A stretch of DNA of 47,119 nucleotides from Verrucomicrobiota bacterium (GCA_039798785.1 JBDKFG010000041.1:1-47119); one strand, 5' to 3'. Shown: positions 9,420-19,758, numbered from the stretch's first letter. Translations and numbers: made by a program. Notes: generated from the sequence alone by a model not told the origin.

Positions 9420-10592
9420 ATGCTGAAAACCCTCGCCATCGCCAACTACCGATCCCTCCGCGATGTCCGGCTTGCACTCGGGCCGTTGAATCTGATCACC
9501 GGCGCCAATGGCTGCGGCAAGTCGAGCGTTTATCGCTCCTTCCAGCTGCTCGCCAGCGCCGGACGCGGCGGCATCATTCCGGGTCTGGCCCGTGAAGGCG
9601 GCATCGAGTCGACCCTCTGGGCCGGCTCGGAACAGGGGGCGCTGCGGCAGTTGCGGAAGGGCCAGGCCGTGCAAGGCACCCTTCGCAGCGAACCCAAAAG
9701 CTTGCGCCTAGGTTTCGCCACGGAAGACTTCGGCTATCAGATCGATCTCGGCCATCCGCCATCATCACCCCCTTTGAATTCGCCATTTGATTTGGATCCG
9801 GCGATCAAAGGCGAGGCCATCTGGCATGGCCCGACCTTGCGCCCCGGCACCCTTTTAGCCGAGCGCCGCGGCCCGCTTCTGCGCAGCCGCGACAGCGAAG
9901 GCGCCTGGAGCATCGTCCATCAGGACCTTCCGCATTATGAAAGCCTTTTTGACGCCCTGAGCGATCCACGTTCCGCACCCGAGGTCTTCCTGCTGCGCGA
10001 GCGCCTGCGGAACTGGCGTTTCTACGATCATTTCCGCTCCGATGCCGAGGCACCCGCCAGGCGAGCCCAGATCGGCACGCGCAGCTTCGTCCTCGATCAC
10101 GACGGCGCCAATCTCGCGGCGACGCTTCAGACCATCCGGGAGCTGGGTCAGCCCGGCGTCCTGGAGCGGGCGGTGGCCGACGCCTTTCCGGGGGCGGAAT
10201 TGGGAATCGATTTCTCCGCCGGACGCTTCGAAGTGCAGATGCGACAGCTCGGACTCTTGCGCCCCCTTGCCGCGTCGGAGCTTTCCGACGGCACCTTGCG
10301 CTATCTGCTCTTGTGCGCCGCGCTGCTCAGCATCCGCGCCCCGGAACTCCTGGTCCTCAACGAACCGGAGAACAGCCTGCATCCTGATCTCCTTCCTGCC
10401 CTCGGCCGTCTCATCCGCCAGGCTGCCGAGCGCACACAGGTGCTGGTGGTGTCGCACTCCTTACCTTTGATCGAAGCCTTGAACCGCGATCCCCGCTGCC
10501 AGCATCATCGCCTCGAAAAAGACGGCGGCGAAACCCAAATCGCCGGCCAGGATCTGCTCAGCAAGCACTCCTGGCAATGGATGGGACGCTGA
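9420..10592 (+). CDS. AAA family ATPase (COG4637-like, SMC/AbiEii-type)
   Basis: IANYRSL start, Walker A GANGCGKS, signature LSDGTLR, Walker B LVLNEPENSLHP, H-loop VSHS. Confidence 0.85.
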   Translation: MLKTLAIANYRSLRDVRLALGPLNLITGANGCGKSSVYRSFQLLASAGRGGIIPGLAREGGIESTLWAGSEQGALRQLRKGQAVQGTLRSEPKSLRLGFATEDFGYQIDLGHPPSSPPLNSPFDLDPAIKGEAIWHGPTLRPGTLLAERRGPLLRSRDSEGAWSIVHQDLPHYESLFDALSDPRSAPEVFLLRERLRNWRFYDHFRSDAEAPARRAQIGTRSFVLDHDGANLAATLQTIRELGQPGVLERAVADAFPGAELGIDFSAGRFEVQMRQLGLLRPLAASELSDGTLRYLLLCAALLSIRAPELLVLNEPENSLHPDLLPALGRLIRQAAERTQVLVVSHSLPLIEALNRDPRCQHHRLEKDGGETQIAGQDLLSKHSWQWMGR

Positions 10593-10595
10593 GCG

Positions 10596-12245
10596 TCACT
10601 GCTCCTCCACCCGGCCGACGACGAGCGGGCGTTCGGCGGGCAGATACAGCTTCGAGGCCTTGAGCGAGCTCCACGACCAGGCGGTGATCCGCCCCTCGGC
10701 GTCGGCGTAGAGGCGCAGGAGGCCGCGGCCAAGGCCGTCGCGCCCTTCCTGGCGGCTGTCGCCGGGGCCGTGCGGCGCGCTGGAGGAATCGATCACCGGG
10801 ATCAGCCACTGGCGGCTGCCCGGCAGCAGCGGCGGCGTGTCGTCGCGGCGCAGCAGCGCGGGACCGTCGGCGATCATCACGTGGCCGGTCACCTCGGCGC
10901 CCTCCTCGTAGCTGGCGGCGAGCAGGTCGCCGGGGCGGATCTCGCCGATGCGTTCGACCGGCAGGAAGCCGCGCTTGTCGCGGATCACGGCGGCGAAATC
11001 CGCGGCGAGCGGGCGCTTGCCGCCCTTCCCCCGCCGCAGCTGATCGGCGAGCTGCGGATGGCAGCGGCGCAGCAGCGCGTCGACGAAGCCGGAGCAGTCG
11101 CCTTCGGCCTGGCCGGCGCGGCCGCCCTCGGGCCAGAGGAAGTTCTGCGGTCCGTGGCGGTATTTCGAGGTCTCGATCCGGCCGAGAAGGAGGCGGGCCT
11201 CGGCGGCGAGGGGGGAGAGCAGCCGCGTCTCGGCCTGGCCTTCCCCCTGCATCAGGGCCTGCAAGCGCCCCTCGCGCAGCGCCCGGCGGGCGGCGGCGTC
11301 GCTGAGCACCTCGGCGGCGAGGAAGAGGGCGCTGGCCTCCATCACCCGCGCCTGGATCGCGGCGTCGTGACTGGCGTCGCGGCGGCGACCGCGCAGCCCC
11401 TCGTTGCCGCCGCCGTTGAAAACCATGTGGTCGCCGACGTCGAACCACAACAGGGCGCGGTTCCCGGCGGCCTCGGGACTGGTGTCGAAACACAGACGCC
11501 GCCGCTCCGGGCTCATCTCCTTTTGCACCGGCGAGGAATCCTTGCCGCCGGTGATGTGCAGCACCGGCAGGAAGATGCCGGCGCTGGCGGCACGCTCCAG
11601 CTCGGCCGTCTCCTGCCCCTGCGGCGACAGCGCGATCGCCGCCTTGAGGCGCGGCTCGCCCAGCGCTCCGCCGCCGTTGTCGCCGCGCGGCCCGGCGGTC
11701 TGGCGTCCGGCGCAGGCGGTCGCGGTCCAGGCGCCGAAGGAGTGCCCGGCGAGGGCGCAGCGCGTCAGATCGACCCGTCCGAACAAGGGCGAAGCGGGAT
11801 TCTTCGCCTCGACGGCGAGGCGGTCGAGGACGAAGCGGACGTCCTCGGCGCGGGCGATGGCTTGGCGCGGATCCTTCAGCGCCTTCTGGAACTTGGCCAG
11901 GATGTCGCGTGGCGCCTGCCCCTGCCAGATCGACTCGTCCGACCCCGGATGCTGCAGGCTGAGGCAGATCCAGCCGCGCGCGGCGAGATGCTCGGCGAGA
12001 TAGGCGATCCCCTCGCGCGACCCGCCCAGACCGTGCGACAGCAGCAGCACCGGCGCCGTCTCCTTGCCTTGCGGCAGACGCAAACGCAGCGGCAATTCGC
12101 GGCCGCGCCTGTCGTCGGTCCAGCTGAAGTCGCTGAGCGCCACCGGACGGAGCGCCGGCTGCTGCCAGGCGGGCGGCTCAGGAAGAGCTGGTGTGGCCGG
12201 AGGCGTGGAGGTGGCGAAGGCGAGGCAGAGAATGATGGGAATCAT
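10596..12245 (-). CDS. Secreted alpha/beta hydrolase (dienelactone hydrolase/PAF-AH-like) with C-terminal NlpC/P60-like domain
   Basis: Signal peptide MIPIILCLAFA. Hydrolase motifs SHGLGGS, HPGSD, nucleophile GHSFG, Asp in GGKD and His in GDHM. C-terminal DCSGFV...PGDLL...GHVMI. Confidence 0.75.
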   Translation of the reverse strand: MIPIILCLAFATSTPPATPALPEPPAWQQPALRPVALSDFSWTDDRRGRELPLRLRLPQGKETAPVLLLSHGLGGSREGIAYLAEHLAARGWICLSLQHPGSDESIWQGQAPRDILAKFQKALKDPRQAIARAEDVRFVLDRLAVEAKNPASPLFGRVDLTRCALAGHSFGAWTATACAGRQTAGPRGDNGGGALGEPRLKAAIALSPQGQETAELERAASAGIFLPVLHITGGKDSSPVQKEMSPERRRLCFDTSPEAAGNRALLWFDVGDHMVFNGGGNEGLRGRRRDASHDAAIQARVMEASALFLAAEVLSDAAARRALREGRLQALMQGEGQAETRLLSPLAAEARLLLGRIETSKYRHGPQNFLWPEGGRAGQAEGDCSGFVDALLRRCHPQLADQLRRGKGGKRPLAADFAAVIRDKRGFLPVERIGEIRPGDLLAASYEEGAEVTGHVMIADGPALLRRDDTPPLLPGSRQWLIPVIDSSSAPHGPGDSRQEGRDGLGRGLLRLYADAEGRITAWSWSSLKASKLYLPAERPLVVGRVEEQ

Positions 12246-12410
12246 GCGGAGGTCTCCTGAAATTCTGGCACGCCTAAAATTACGCACTGATGGGAACCGT
12301 GCTCAGTCCCGATTGACCGTCGCATCTGCAAAGGTCGATTTTCCCGGAGCGTGCCCGCAACGGCGCCGCCGCGGGCTATTTTGCGGCTGCAGCAAATCCC
12401 GAGGTCAAGC

Positions 12411-13775
12411 ATGAAAGTCTTCGACAAGTTCAGTGGCGAGGAGCTCGCCGACATTCCCCTGGCCTCGCCGGCCGAGATCGAGAAGGCGATCGCGGCGGCG
12501 CTTCTTGCGGCGCCCGCAATGGCGGCGATGCCGGCCCACGAGCGCCGCGAAGTCCTGCAGCACTGCGTCCGGCGCTTCAGCGAACGCGCCGAAGAGTTGG
12601 CGAGCTTGGTGACCCGGGAATCCGGCAAGACCTTGAAGGAAGCCCGGGCCGAAGTGGCACGGCTGATCGAGACCTTCGAGATCGCGGCGGAAGAGACGCT
12701 GCGGATCGGCGGCGAGGTGATGCCGCTCGACCGCTCGCCCCGCTGCCAGGGATACACCTCCTTCAGCCGCCGCGTCCCGCTCGGACCGCTCAGCCTGATC
12801 ACGCCCTTCAACTTCCCCCTCAACCTGGTCGCCCACAAGGTCGCTCCGGCGATAGCCGCAGGCTGCCCATTTGTCCTCAAACCGGCCGATCTGACGCCCT
12901 TGTCGGCCTTGTTGATCCGCGACATCCTCGCCGAAACCCGCCTTCCTGCGGGTGCCTTCGCCATCCTGCCGATGGCGGTGGCCGATGCCGCACCGCTGAT
13001 CGAAGACGAGCGCTTCAAGATGCTGTCCTTCACCGGCTCCGCCGCCGTCGGCTGGGAGCTGAAGCGCCGCGCCGGCAAAAAACGCGTCTGCCTCGAATTG
13101 GGCGGCAATGCCGCGGTGATCATCGACGCCGATGCCGATCTTCCGGCGGTGCTGCCTCGGCTGCTGCTCGGCGCCTATTTCCAAGCCGGCCAAAGCTGCG
13201 TCAGCGTCCAGCGGATCTGCGTCCACCGCAGCCGCCTCGACGAGCTGCGGGCGATGCTGATCCCCGCCGTGTCAGCCCTGGTCTGCGGCGACCCGCGCGA
13301 CCCGGCGAGCGATCTCGGCCCGATGATCTCCGACAAAGAAGCTCAGCGCCTTGAGTCCTGGATCGCCGAGGCCCTCGCCGCCGGCGCGCGTCTCCTCTGC
13401 GGCGGCACGCGCCGAGGCAGCTTGATGCCGGCGACTTTGCTCGAAGGGGTGCCGGAATCCTGCTCCTTGAGCGGCCAGGAAGCCTTCGGACCGGTGGCCT
13501 TCCTCGAAGCCTTCGACGACTTCGACGAGCTCCTGCCGCGGCTGAACCGTTCGCGCTACGGCCTGCAGGCCGGCCTCTTCTGCCGCGATCTCGGCAAGGT
13601 CTTCAAGGCCTGGAAGACTCTCGAAGTCGGCGCCTTGATCGTCGGCGACATCCCTTCCTGGCGTTCCGACGCCATGCCCTACGGCGGGGTCAAGGACTCC
13701 GGCACCGGCCGCGAGGGGCTTCGCGCCGCCATCTTCGAGATGACGGAAGAGCGCCTGATGGTGATTCGGGAATAG
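12411..13775 (+). CDS. Aldehyde dehydrogenase family protein
   Basis: ITPFNFPLN, SFTGS, LELGGN, catalytic GQSC, EAFGP and PYGGVKDSG motifs. Confidence 0.95.
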   Translation: MKVFDKFSGEELADIPLASPAEIEKAIAAALLAAPAMAAMPAHERREVLQHCVRRFSERAEELASLVTRESGKTLKEARAEVARLIETFEIAAEETLRIGGEVMPLDRSPRCQGYTSFSRRVPLGPLSLITPFNFPLNLVAHKVAPAIAAGCPFVLKPADLTPLSALLIRDILAETRLPAGAFAILPMAVADAAPLIEDERFKMLSFTGSAAVGWELKRRAGKKRVCLELGGNAAVIIDADADLPAVLPRLLLGAYFQAGQSCVSVQRICVHRSRLDELRAMLIPAVSALVCGDPRDPASDLGPMISDKEAQRLESWIAEALAAGARLLCGGTRRGSLMPATLLEGVPESCSLSGQEAFGPVAFLEAFDDFDELLPRLNRSRYGLQAGLFCRDLGKVFKAWKTLEVGALIVGDIPSWRSDAMPYGGVKDSGTGREGLRAAIFEMTEERLMVIRE

Positions 13776-13859
13776 GTCCGTGTATCCTCCCCGTCACCAC
13801 CGCTTGGCGCGACGCCCCCGGAATGCTAGCTTCTGCGATTCCATGGAGAAAGACGATTT

Positions 13860-15515
13860 ATGAGCACGGTGAGAAGCGATTATCTGGTGATCGGCAGCGG
13901 CCTGGCGGGCCTTTTCGCCGCCATTGAAGCGGCCAAACACGGCCGGGTCGCCTTGGTGACCAAGCGCCAGGTGGAGGAGTGCAACACCGTCTGGGCTCAG
14001 GGAGGGATCTCCTGCGTCATGGCCGAGATCAACGGCGGCGACAGCTTCGAAAGCCACGTCCTCGACACCCTCGAGGCCGGTGCCGGTCTCTGCGACGAAG
14101 CGGCGGTGCGCGCCATCGTCGCCGCCGCGCCGGCGCGGATCCGCGACCTGATCGACCTTGGGGTCAACTTCACCACCCGCGGCGAGGTCGACCATGCCTG
14201 CCCGGAGGAGATCAAGGACCAGTACGACCTGACCCGCGAAGGCGGCCATTCGGAGCGACGCATCCTCCACGCCGGCGACATCACCGGCGCCGAACTGATC
14301 CGCGCCCTCGCCGCCTACGCCCGCCGCCACCCCAACATCGTCATCTTCGAAAACCTTCACGCCGTCGACCTGATCACCACCCGCAAGCTCGGCTGGGAAG
14401 AACCCCAGGATCAATGCCTCGGCGCCTACATCCTCGATAACGAAAGCGGCCGGGTCCGCACCTTCCTCGCCACCCACACCCTGCTCGCCTGCGGCGGCGC
14501 CGGCAAGGTCTATCAGTTCACCACCAATCCCGACACCGCCACCGGCGACGGCATCGCCATGGCCGCCCGCGCCGGCGCCGACATCGCCAACATGGAGTTC
14601 TTCCAGTTCCACCCCACCTGCCTCTTCCATCACGAAGTCAAGAACTTCCTCATCTCGGAAGCGGTCCGCGGCGAGGGCGCCGTGTTGAAGGTGGTCAAGA
14701 AGGGCCGCCTGGTCGAATTCATGGACAAATACCACCCGCTCGCCTCGCTCGCGCCTCGCGACATCGTCGCCCGCGCCATCGACCGCGAGCTCAAGGAAAG
14801 CGGCCAGAAGTGTGTCTACCTCGACATCCGCCAGCGCGACAGCGAATATCTGCAGCGGCGCTTCCCGAAGATCTACGAGACCCTGAAGAACCTCGGCATC
14901 GACATGGCCAAGGATCTCATCCCGGTGGTCCCGGCGGCACACTACTGCTGCGGCGGCGTCAAGACCGGCATCGACGGCGCGGTCGCCTCGATCTCCCGTC
15001 TCTACGCCATCGGCGAGACCGCCTGCACCGGCCTGCACGGCGCCAACCGCCTCGCCAGCAACTCCCTCCTCGAAGCGGTGGTGATGGCCCACGAAGCGGT
15101 CGCCCACAGCCTCAACTCGCCGGTCAGCGAAGCCCTGCGCCTGCGCCAGGAGAACGCCGTGCCGCAATGGACCAGCGGCAAGGCGGTCGACAGTGACGAA
15201 CAGGTGGTCATCACCCACAACTGGCAGGAGATCCGCTCCTTCATGTGGGACTACGTCGGCATCTTCCGCACCACCAAGCGCCTGCAGCGGGCGAAACGCC
15301 GCATCCGCTCGATCCAGAACGAGATCGAGCTGTATTACTGGAACTTCCTGATCACCCCGGACCTGATCGAGCTGCGCAGCCTCGCCTGCGTCGGCGAACT
15401 GATCATCGACTCCGCCCTGGCCCGCCGTGAATCGATCGGCCTGCACTACAATCTCGACTTCCCGGAAAGCTCGGCCTCGCCCCAGCCGAGCATCCTCAAA
15501 CGGATCAAAGACTGA
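13860..15515 (+). CDS. nadB: L-aspartate oxidase
   Basis: FAD motif IGSGLAGL, WAQGGI, REGGHSERRILH, QFHPT, SEAVRGEG, HGANRLASNSLLE and RRESIGLHY. Confidence 0.95.
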   Translation: MSTVRSDYLVIGSGLAGLFAAIEAAKHGRVALVTKRQVEECNTVWAQGGISCVMAEINGGDSFESHVLDTLEAGAGLCDEAAVRAIVAAAPARIRDLIDLGVNFTTRGEVDHACPEEIKDQYDLTREGGHSERRILHAGDITGAELIRALAAYARRHPNIVIFENLHAVDLITTRKLGWEEPQDQCLGAYILDNESGRVRTFLATHTLLACGGAGKVYQFTTNPDTATGDGIAMAARAGADIANMEFFQFHPTCLFHHEVKNFLISEAVRGEGAVLKVVKKGRLVEFMDKYHPLASLAPRDIVARAIDRELKESGQKCVYLDIRQRDSEYLQRRFPKIYETLKNLGIDMAKDLIPVVPAAHYCCGGVKTGIDGAVASISRLYAIGETACTGLHGANRLASNSLLEAVVMAHEAVAHSLNSPVSEALRLRQENAVPQWTSGKAVDSDEQVVITHNWQEIRSFMWDYVGIFRTTKRLQRAKRRIRSIQNEIELYYWNFLITPDLIELRSLACVGELIIDSALARRESIGLHYNLDFPESSASPQPSILKRIKD

Positions 15516-15518
15516 TCA

Positions 15519-15673
15519 AACCGGGTTGAAAGGTTGAAAGGTTGAAAGCGAGCAGCCAGAAACCGAACAACCGGAACGCAAGACGCAGTGACTTCAGACG
15601 CAGAGACTCAGTTTTCACTCAACCTTTCAACCTGTTGCTTGCTATCACCTTTCAACCTTTCAACCTTTGAACT
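15519..15673. repeat. Dispersed octamer element copy (GGTTGAAA x3 ... TTTCAACC arrays)
   Basis: AACCGGGTTGAAAGGTTGAAAGGTTGAAAG at the left. Inverted TCAACCTTTCAACC and CCTTTCAACCTTTCAACCTTTGAAC at the right. Confidence 0.75.
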
Positions 15674-15684
15674 CAAGTGCTCTC

Positions 15685-16281
15685 ATGAAAACCCGCAACT
15701 CCCTGCCTTTCCTCGACCTCCTCGGCCATGCCGAAATGCTCGACCTGAAAGCCCTCAGCCAGCTCCCCCGCCTCGAGCTCGACCTCGGCTGCGGCAAAGG
15801 CGGCTTCTCCCTCGAACTCGCCCGCCGCCATCCCGACACCCTCGTCCTCGCCGCCGACATCAAGGCCGGCCGGCTGAAAAAGGTCGGCAACAAGGCGGTA
15901 CGCCAGAAGCTCGAAAATCTCCGCACCATGCGCTGCCTCGGCTGGGAACTGATCGGCTTCCAGATCCCCGATGCCTGTCTCGACCGGGTCCATGTCCTCT
16001 GTCCCGATCCCTGGCCGAAGGACAAGCACCGCCGCCACCGCATGCTTTCCAGCGAGTTCCTGCAGCGCCTCTCCACCAAGCTCAAGCCCGGCGGCATCTT
16101 CCACTACTCCACCGACGACCTGCCCTACCTCGCCTGGGTGAAGGAGGCAATCGCGCCGCTGAAATGCTGGATCCCCTGCGACGACGGCATCGCCGACATG
16201 GCCGACGTCAAGACCGAATTCGAACTCCTCTGGGAGCGCGAAGGCAAAAGCGTCACCCACCTCACCTGGCGCAAGGCCTGA
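15685..16281 (+). CDS. trmB: tRNA (guanine-N7)-methyltransferase
   Basis: ELDLGCGKG SAM motif, CPDPWPKDKHRRHRM, STD and KTEFE motifs. Confidence 0.9.
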   Translation: MKTRNSLPFLDLLGHAEMLDLKALSQLPRLELDLGCGKGGFSLELARRHPDTLVLAADIKAGRLKKVGNKAVRQKLENLRTMRCLGWELIGFQIPDACLDRVHVLCPDPWPKDKHRRHRMLSSEFLQRLSTKLKPGGIFHYSTDDLPYLAWVKEAIAPLKCWIPCDDGIADMADVKTEFELLWEREGKSVTHLTWRKA

Positions 16282-16286
16282 ATAGG

Positions 16287-16331
16287 GATTGGAAGGGTTG
16301 GCGGGGGTGTAAGGGTTGTAAGAGCAAGCAC
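16287..16331. repeat. Degenerate octamer-family element copy
   Basis: GGATTGGAAGGGTTGGCGGGGGTGTAAGGGTTGTAAGAGCAAGCACA ends with the same CAAGCACA seen in the other copies. Confidence 0.4.
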
Positions 16332-16342
16332 AAGGACGACAG

Positions 16343-18163
16343 ATGAAACTCTTCCAGACAGCTTCTCCTCGCAGCCGCCGCTTCTACCGCTATCTGCTGG
16401 TCATCGGTCTGGCCGCCCTCGGCCTGCGTCTGCTGGCGACTTGGGGCATCTGGCGAGATCCCCTCCTTCACGGCATGATGAGTCAGCCGCTCGAAGTCAC
16501 CGACATGTCAGTCTACCTGAAATACGGCCGTTTGTGCATGGAAGGTCAGTATCAGGGCGATTACAACTTCCAGCCTTTTTACTACACGGTTTTCCTGCCG
16601 GTGTTGATGAGCCTGTGCGACCATCCTTGGACGATCGCCCTGGTCCAAGCGCTGCTCGGTTCCTTCACCGCCGTCCTGTCGGCCCTGACTGCCGCCCGCC
16701 TTTTCGGCCGTCGCGCCGGCCTCGCCGCCGGCATCTTCGGGGCAAGCTGCTCGCTCTCCCTGATCTACGTGCCTGTCGCCCTGATCGAAGTGCTGCAAGC
16801 CTTCTGGATGGCGCTCTTCCTCCACCTCGCCGTCATCGCCTGGCGCCGCGACCGCTGGCGCGACTGGCTCGGCCTCGCCGCCGTGCTCGCCGCCGCCACC
16901 CTCACCCGCGGCAGCGCCCTGCTCCTCCTGCCGCCCCTGCTCGGTCTGCTGATCTGGAAGCGACGTGCCGCGCCGCTCAAGGCCGCCCTCGCCACCCTCG
17001 CCACCTGCTTGGTCTTCTGGGGGCTGCAGCTCCCCTGGTCGCTCCACAACTACCGGGAAACCGGACGCTGGACCGGCCCCTCCACCGACCTGCCCGAGGT
17101 GCTCCCCTTCGGCAACACTCCCGACGCCTCGCCCAGCACCGTCAACTACACCGAGTGCTACCATGAGTGGCAAGACCTCGCCAATGATCCGGTCGCGCCG
17201 GTCCCGGTGAGCAGCAGCCTCAAGCAGTTCATCTGCAGCGAACCCCTGGCCTGGGCGGAACTGAAGTTGCGCGGCCTGCTCTGCTTCCTCGACGCCTCGC
17301 ACATCCCCAACAACGTCAACGAAAACCTGCTCGAGTCGCATCTCCCCTGGCTGAAAATCCTGCCCGGCTGGGGCCTTCTCTGCTCCCTCGCCCTCGCCGG
17401 ACTTCTCCTCCTCCTTCTCGACTGCCGCCGCAAGCCGGCCCGCGCCTTCATCCTCGCCAGCACCGTCCTGGCCGCCGGCGGCATCGTCGGCTTCTACATC
17501 CTCACCCGCTTCAAGGTGCCCTTCCTGCCCTTCTGCTTCATCCTCGCCGGCCTCGCCTGCGCCAGCCTGCTGCATAAACGCCAGTCCCTCATCATCAAGA
17601 TCAGCGCCCTCGCCTTCGGCGTCTATTTCGCCTGGTTCGCCAGGGATGATTACGCCCGCGGCCTGCAAAGCTCCTTCGATCGCATCGCCCGACCCCACGG
17701 CACTCTCATCGCCATTCAAGACAAACTGCGCCTGATGGATCACGGCCCCGAAGCCGATGGCGGCTGGGCCGAAATGGACATCCCCGAAGCCGGACTGGAA
17801 ATCGAAAAGACCTGGCTCCGACCCGATCTCGCCGGAAGGAAATTCGCCGGTGTCCTCGAAACTGCCGTGCGCTCACCTCAGGGAGGCCGATTTCTCGTCG
17901 ACGCCGGAAGCGACCAGAAAAGCCTGATCAAGCTGCCGCCCATGAACAGCTCCGGAAAAATCCAAGTGCCAGTCAAAATCGAATTCGATGGCGATGGTCG
18001 CACCAAGGTGAAGGTCCTCTTCCGCGCCGAGGGCGGATCCAAACTGATTTTCGACATCTATCGTGATCAAGGTCGCTGCCAGGTGATCAATGCCGAGGGC
18101 CAGGCGGAATCCAGCCCGGAAGTCGTGATCTCCCTTCTCCTTTCTCCGATCGTCCAGAAATAG
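16343..18163 (+). CDS. GT-C fold glycosyltransferase (family 39/ArnT-PMT-like) membrane protein
   Basis: Multi-TM protein with an acidic loop (VTDMSVY...QPFY), LIEVL, LTRGS, PWSLHNY..TG and RFKVP, plus a C-terminal soluble domain. Confidence 0.75.
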   Translation: MKLFQTASPRSRRFYRYLLVIGLAALGLRLLATWGIWRDPLLHGMMSQPLEVTDMSVYLKYGRLCMEGQYQGDYNFQPFYYTVFLPVLMSLCDHPWTIALVQALLGSFTAVLSALTAARLFGRRAGLAAGIFGASCSLSLIYVPVALIEVLQAFWMALFLHLAVIAWRRDRWRDWLGLAAVLAAATLTRGSALLLLPPLLGLLIWKRRAAPLKAALATLATCLVFWGLQLPWSLHNYRETGRWTGPSTDLPEVLPFGNTPDASPSTVNYTECYHEWQDLANDPVAPVPVSSSLKQFICSEPLAWAELKLRGLLCFLDASHIPNNVNENLLESHLPWLKILPGWGLLCSLALAGLLLLLLDCRRKPARAFILASTVLAAGGIVGFYILTRFKVPFLPFCFILAGLACASLLHKRQSLIIKISALAFGVYFAWFARDDYARGLQSSFDRIARPHGTLIAIQDKLRLMDHGPEADGGWAEMDIPEAGLEIEKTWLRPDLAGRKFAGVLETAVRSPQGGRFLVDAGSDQKSLIKLPPMNSSGKIQVPVKIEFDGDGRTKVKVLFRAEGGSKLIFDIYRDQGRCQVINAEGQAESSPEVVISLLLSPIVQK

Positions 18164-18172
18164 GAGCCCCCC

Positions 18173-19237
18173 ATGATCGCACTCATCACCGGCTCCGCCG
18201 GCCTCGTCGGCGGCGAAACCGTCCGCTTCCTCGCCGCCAAAGGCTTCACCTGCGTCGGCATCGACAACGACATGCGCAGCCGCTTCTTCGGCGCCGAGGC
18301 CTCGACCGACTGGAACCGCCAGCGCCTGCAGGATGAACTCGGCGAGCGCTACCTCCACCGCAGCCTCGACATCCGCGACCTGGCGGCGCTGGAAGCGGTC
18401 TTCCTCGACTACGCCGGCCAGATCTCCCTCGTCGTCCACACCGCCGCCCAGCCTTCGCACGATTGGGCCGCCCGCGACCCCCTCACCGACTTCGGCGTCA
18501 ACGCCACCGGCACGCTGCACATGCTGGAGATGACCCGCCGCCATGCGCCCGCGGCCACCTTCATCTTCACCAGCACCAACAAGGTCTACGGCGACCGCCC
18601 CAACGAACTGCCCCTGGTCGAGCTGGAATCGCGCTGGGAGCTCGATCCCTCCCACCCCTTCGCCGAGCACGGCATCGACGAGTCGATGAGCATTGACGCC
18701 TCGCTGCACTCGGTCTTCGGCGCCTCGAAGGTCGCCGCCGACGTCATGGTGCAGGAATACGGCCGCTACTTCGGCCTCAAGACCGGCGTCTTCCGCGGCG
18801 GCTGCCTCACCGGCCCCAGCCACTCCGGCGCCGAGCTGCACGGCTTCCTTGCCTACCTGATGCGCTGCGCCGTCGAAGGCCGCGAATACACCGTCTTCGG
18901 CTACAAGGGCAAGCAGGTGCGCGACAACATCCACTCGCGCGACCTCGCCAACGCCTTCTGGCACTTCCACCAGTCGCCCAAGCCCGGCCGGGTCTACAAC
19001 ATCGGCGGCGCCCGCCACTCGAACTGCTCGATGGCCGAAGCCATCGCCGCTTGCGAATCCCGCACCGGCAAGAAGATGAAGCTGAAATTCTCCGATCAGG
19101 CCCGCTCCGGCGACCACATCTGGTACATCTCCGACGTGCGCCGATTCCAGCACGACTTCCCCGCCTGGAAACATGAAGTCAGCCTCGACTCGATCTTCGA
19201 CGAGATCTGCCAGGCGACGCTGGAAAGATGCCGGTGA
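18173..19237 (+). CDS. NAD-dependent nucleotide-sugar epimerase/dehydratase (CDP-paratose epimerase-like)
   Basis: [34 protein letters not shown] and [10 protein letters not shown] motifs. Confidence 0.9.
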   Translation: MIALITGSAGLVGGETVRFLAAKGFTCVGIDNDMRSRFFGAEASTDWNRQRLQDELGERYLHRSLDIRDLAALEAVFLDYAGQISLVVHTAAQPSHDWAARDPLTDFGVNATGTLHMLEMTRRHAPAATFIFTSTNKVYGDRPNELPLVELESRWELDPSHPFAEHGIDESMSIDASLHSVFGASKVAADVMVQEYGRYFGLKTGVFRGGCLTGPSHSGAELHGFLAYLMRCAVEGREYTVFGYKGKQVRDNIHSRDLANAFWHFHQSPKPGRVYNIGGARHSNCSMAEAIAACESRTGKKMKLKFSDQARSGDHIWYISDVRRFQHDFPAWKHEVSLDSIFDEICQATLERCR

Positions 19238-19551
19238 ATGGACTGCCGACGCTAATGCTTTGGGCCGAGGTTATGGACAAGGAATGTCCGCCCCTGCAAG
19301 TAGGCCTCTTGCTGCTCCTGCCGCTTTGCCTTCTCTGCGTCACCGACAGCCTTCGCTTTTTCGCGGTTTATTCGTTTTATGCAGGAACGGTGTATGTCAT
19401 CGCCGCGCCTGATCCTGATATCGCAGCGGCCTACGCCAAAGAATGTGGCGTGTCATTCACTCTGATCTTCGCGGCATGCCTCTTCATCGTTATTTGTGCC
19501 TGCTTGCTCAATCTGCGGCGACCGCCTCCGGCGGAAATTTCAAGGTCATAA
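19228..19551 (+). CDS. Small hypothetical membrane protein
   Basis: 107-aa ORF with about three hydrophobic segments, overlapping the epimerase stop. AT-richer than its neighbours. Confidence 0.4.
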   Translation: MPVNGLPTLMLWAEVMDKECPPLQVGLLLLLPLCLLCVTDSLRFFAVYSFYAGTVYVIAAPDPDIAAAYAKECGVSFTLIFAACLFIVICACLLNLRRPPPAEISRS

Positions 19552-19566
19552 AATCATCCCCCGCTC

Positions 19567-19594
19567 TTGCGCCCCGACCGAAATTGGATACAAT
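19567..19594 (+). promoter_or_regulatory. Sigma70-like promoter
   Basis: TTGCGC (19567-19572), 16-nt spacer, TACAAT (19589-19594). The same TTGCGC-N16-TAtAAT geometry recurs at 37685-37712. Confidence 0.65.
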
Positions 19595-19598
19595 GACG

Positions 19599-19758
19599 GT
19601 GCATCAGGAATGATCCGGCCCCAGAGTGTCGGATCTGCCAACCGAGGTAGGAGAGCCTGCGGTGGCTTGTCAGGAGAAATCCTGGCGATGTGCGGAGCCC
19701 GCATAGGGAAAACCGACAAAAGTCTCCCGGAACCCCTAGGTTCCCCGTCCTGATGCGC
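19599..19758 (+). ncRNA. Putative structured RNA / cis-regulatory leader of unknown family
   Basis: Closing helix GTGCATCAGGA/TCCTGATGCGC encloses several hairpins: GATCCGGC/GTCGGATC, TTGTCAGGA-GAAA-TCCTGGCGA, TGTGCGG/CCGCATA and GGAACC/GGTTCC. Many pairs are G-U wobbles valid only on the + strand. It begins right after a -10 box. Confidence 0.65.

Noticed and set aside
9420..10592. AAA ATPase as part of a defence or toxin-antitoxin system
   Set aside because: No adjacent nuclease, TOPRIM or DUF4276-type partner. The gene is flanked by a repeat element and a convergent gene.
19599..19758. Identification as retron msr-msd, hammerhead ribozyme, group II intron fragment or 6S RNA
   Set aside because: No reverse transcriptase nearby, no CUGAUGA/GAAA hammerhead core and no domain V consensus. 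The fold is multibranched rather than a 6S-like rod, although a divergent 6S cannot be fully excluded without a covariance search.
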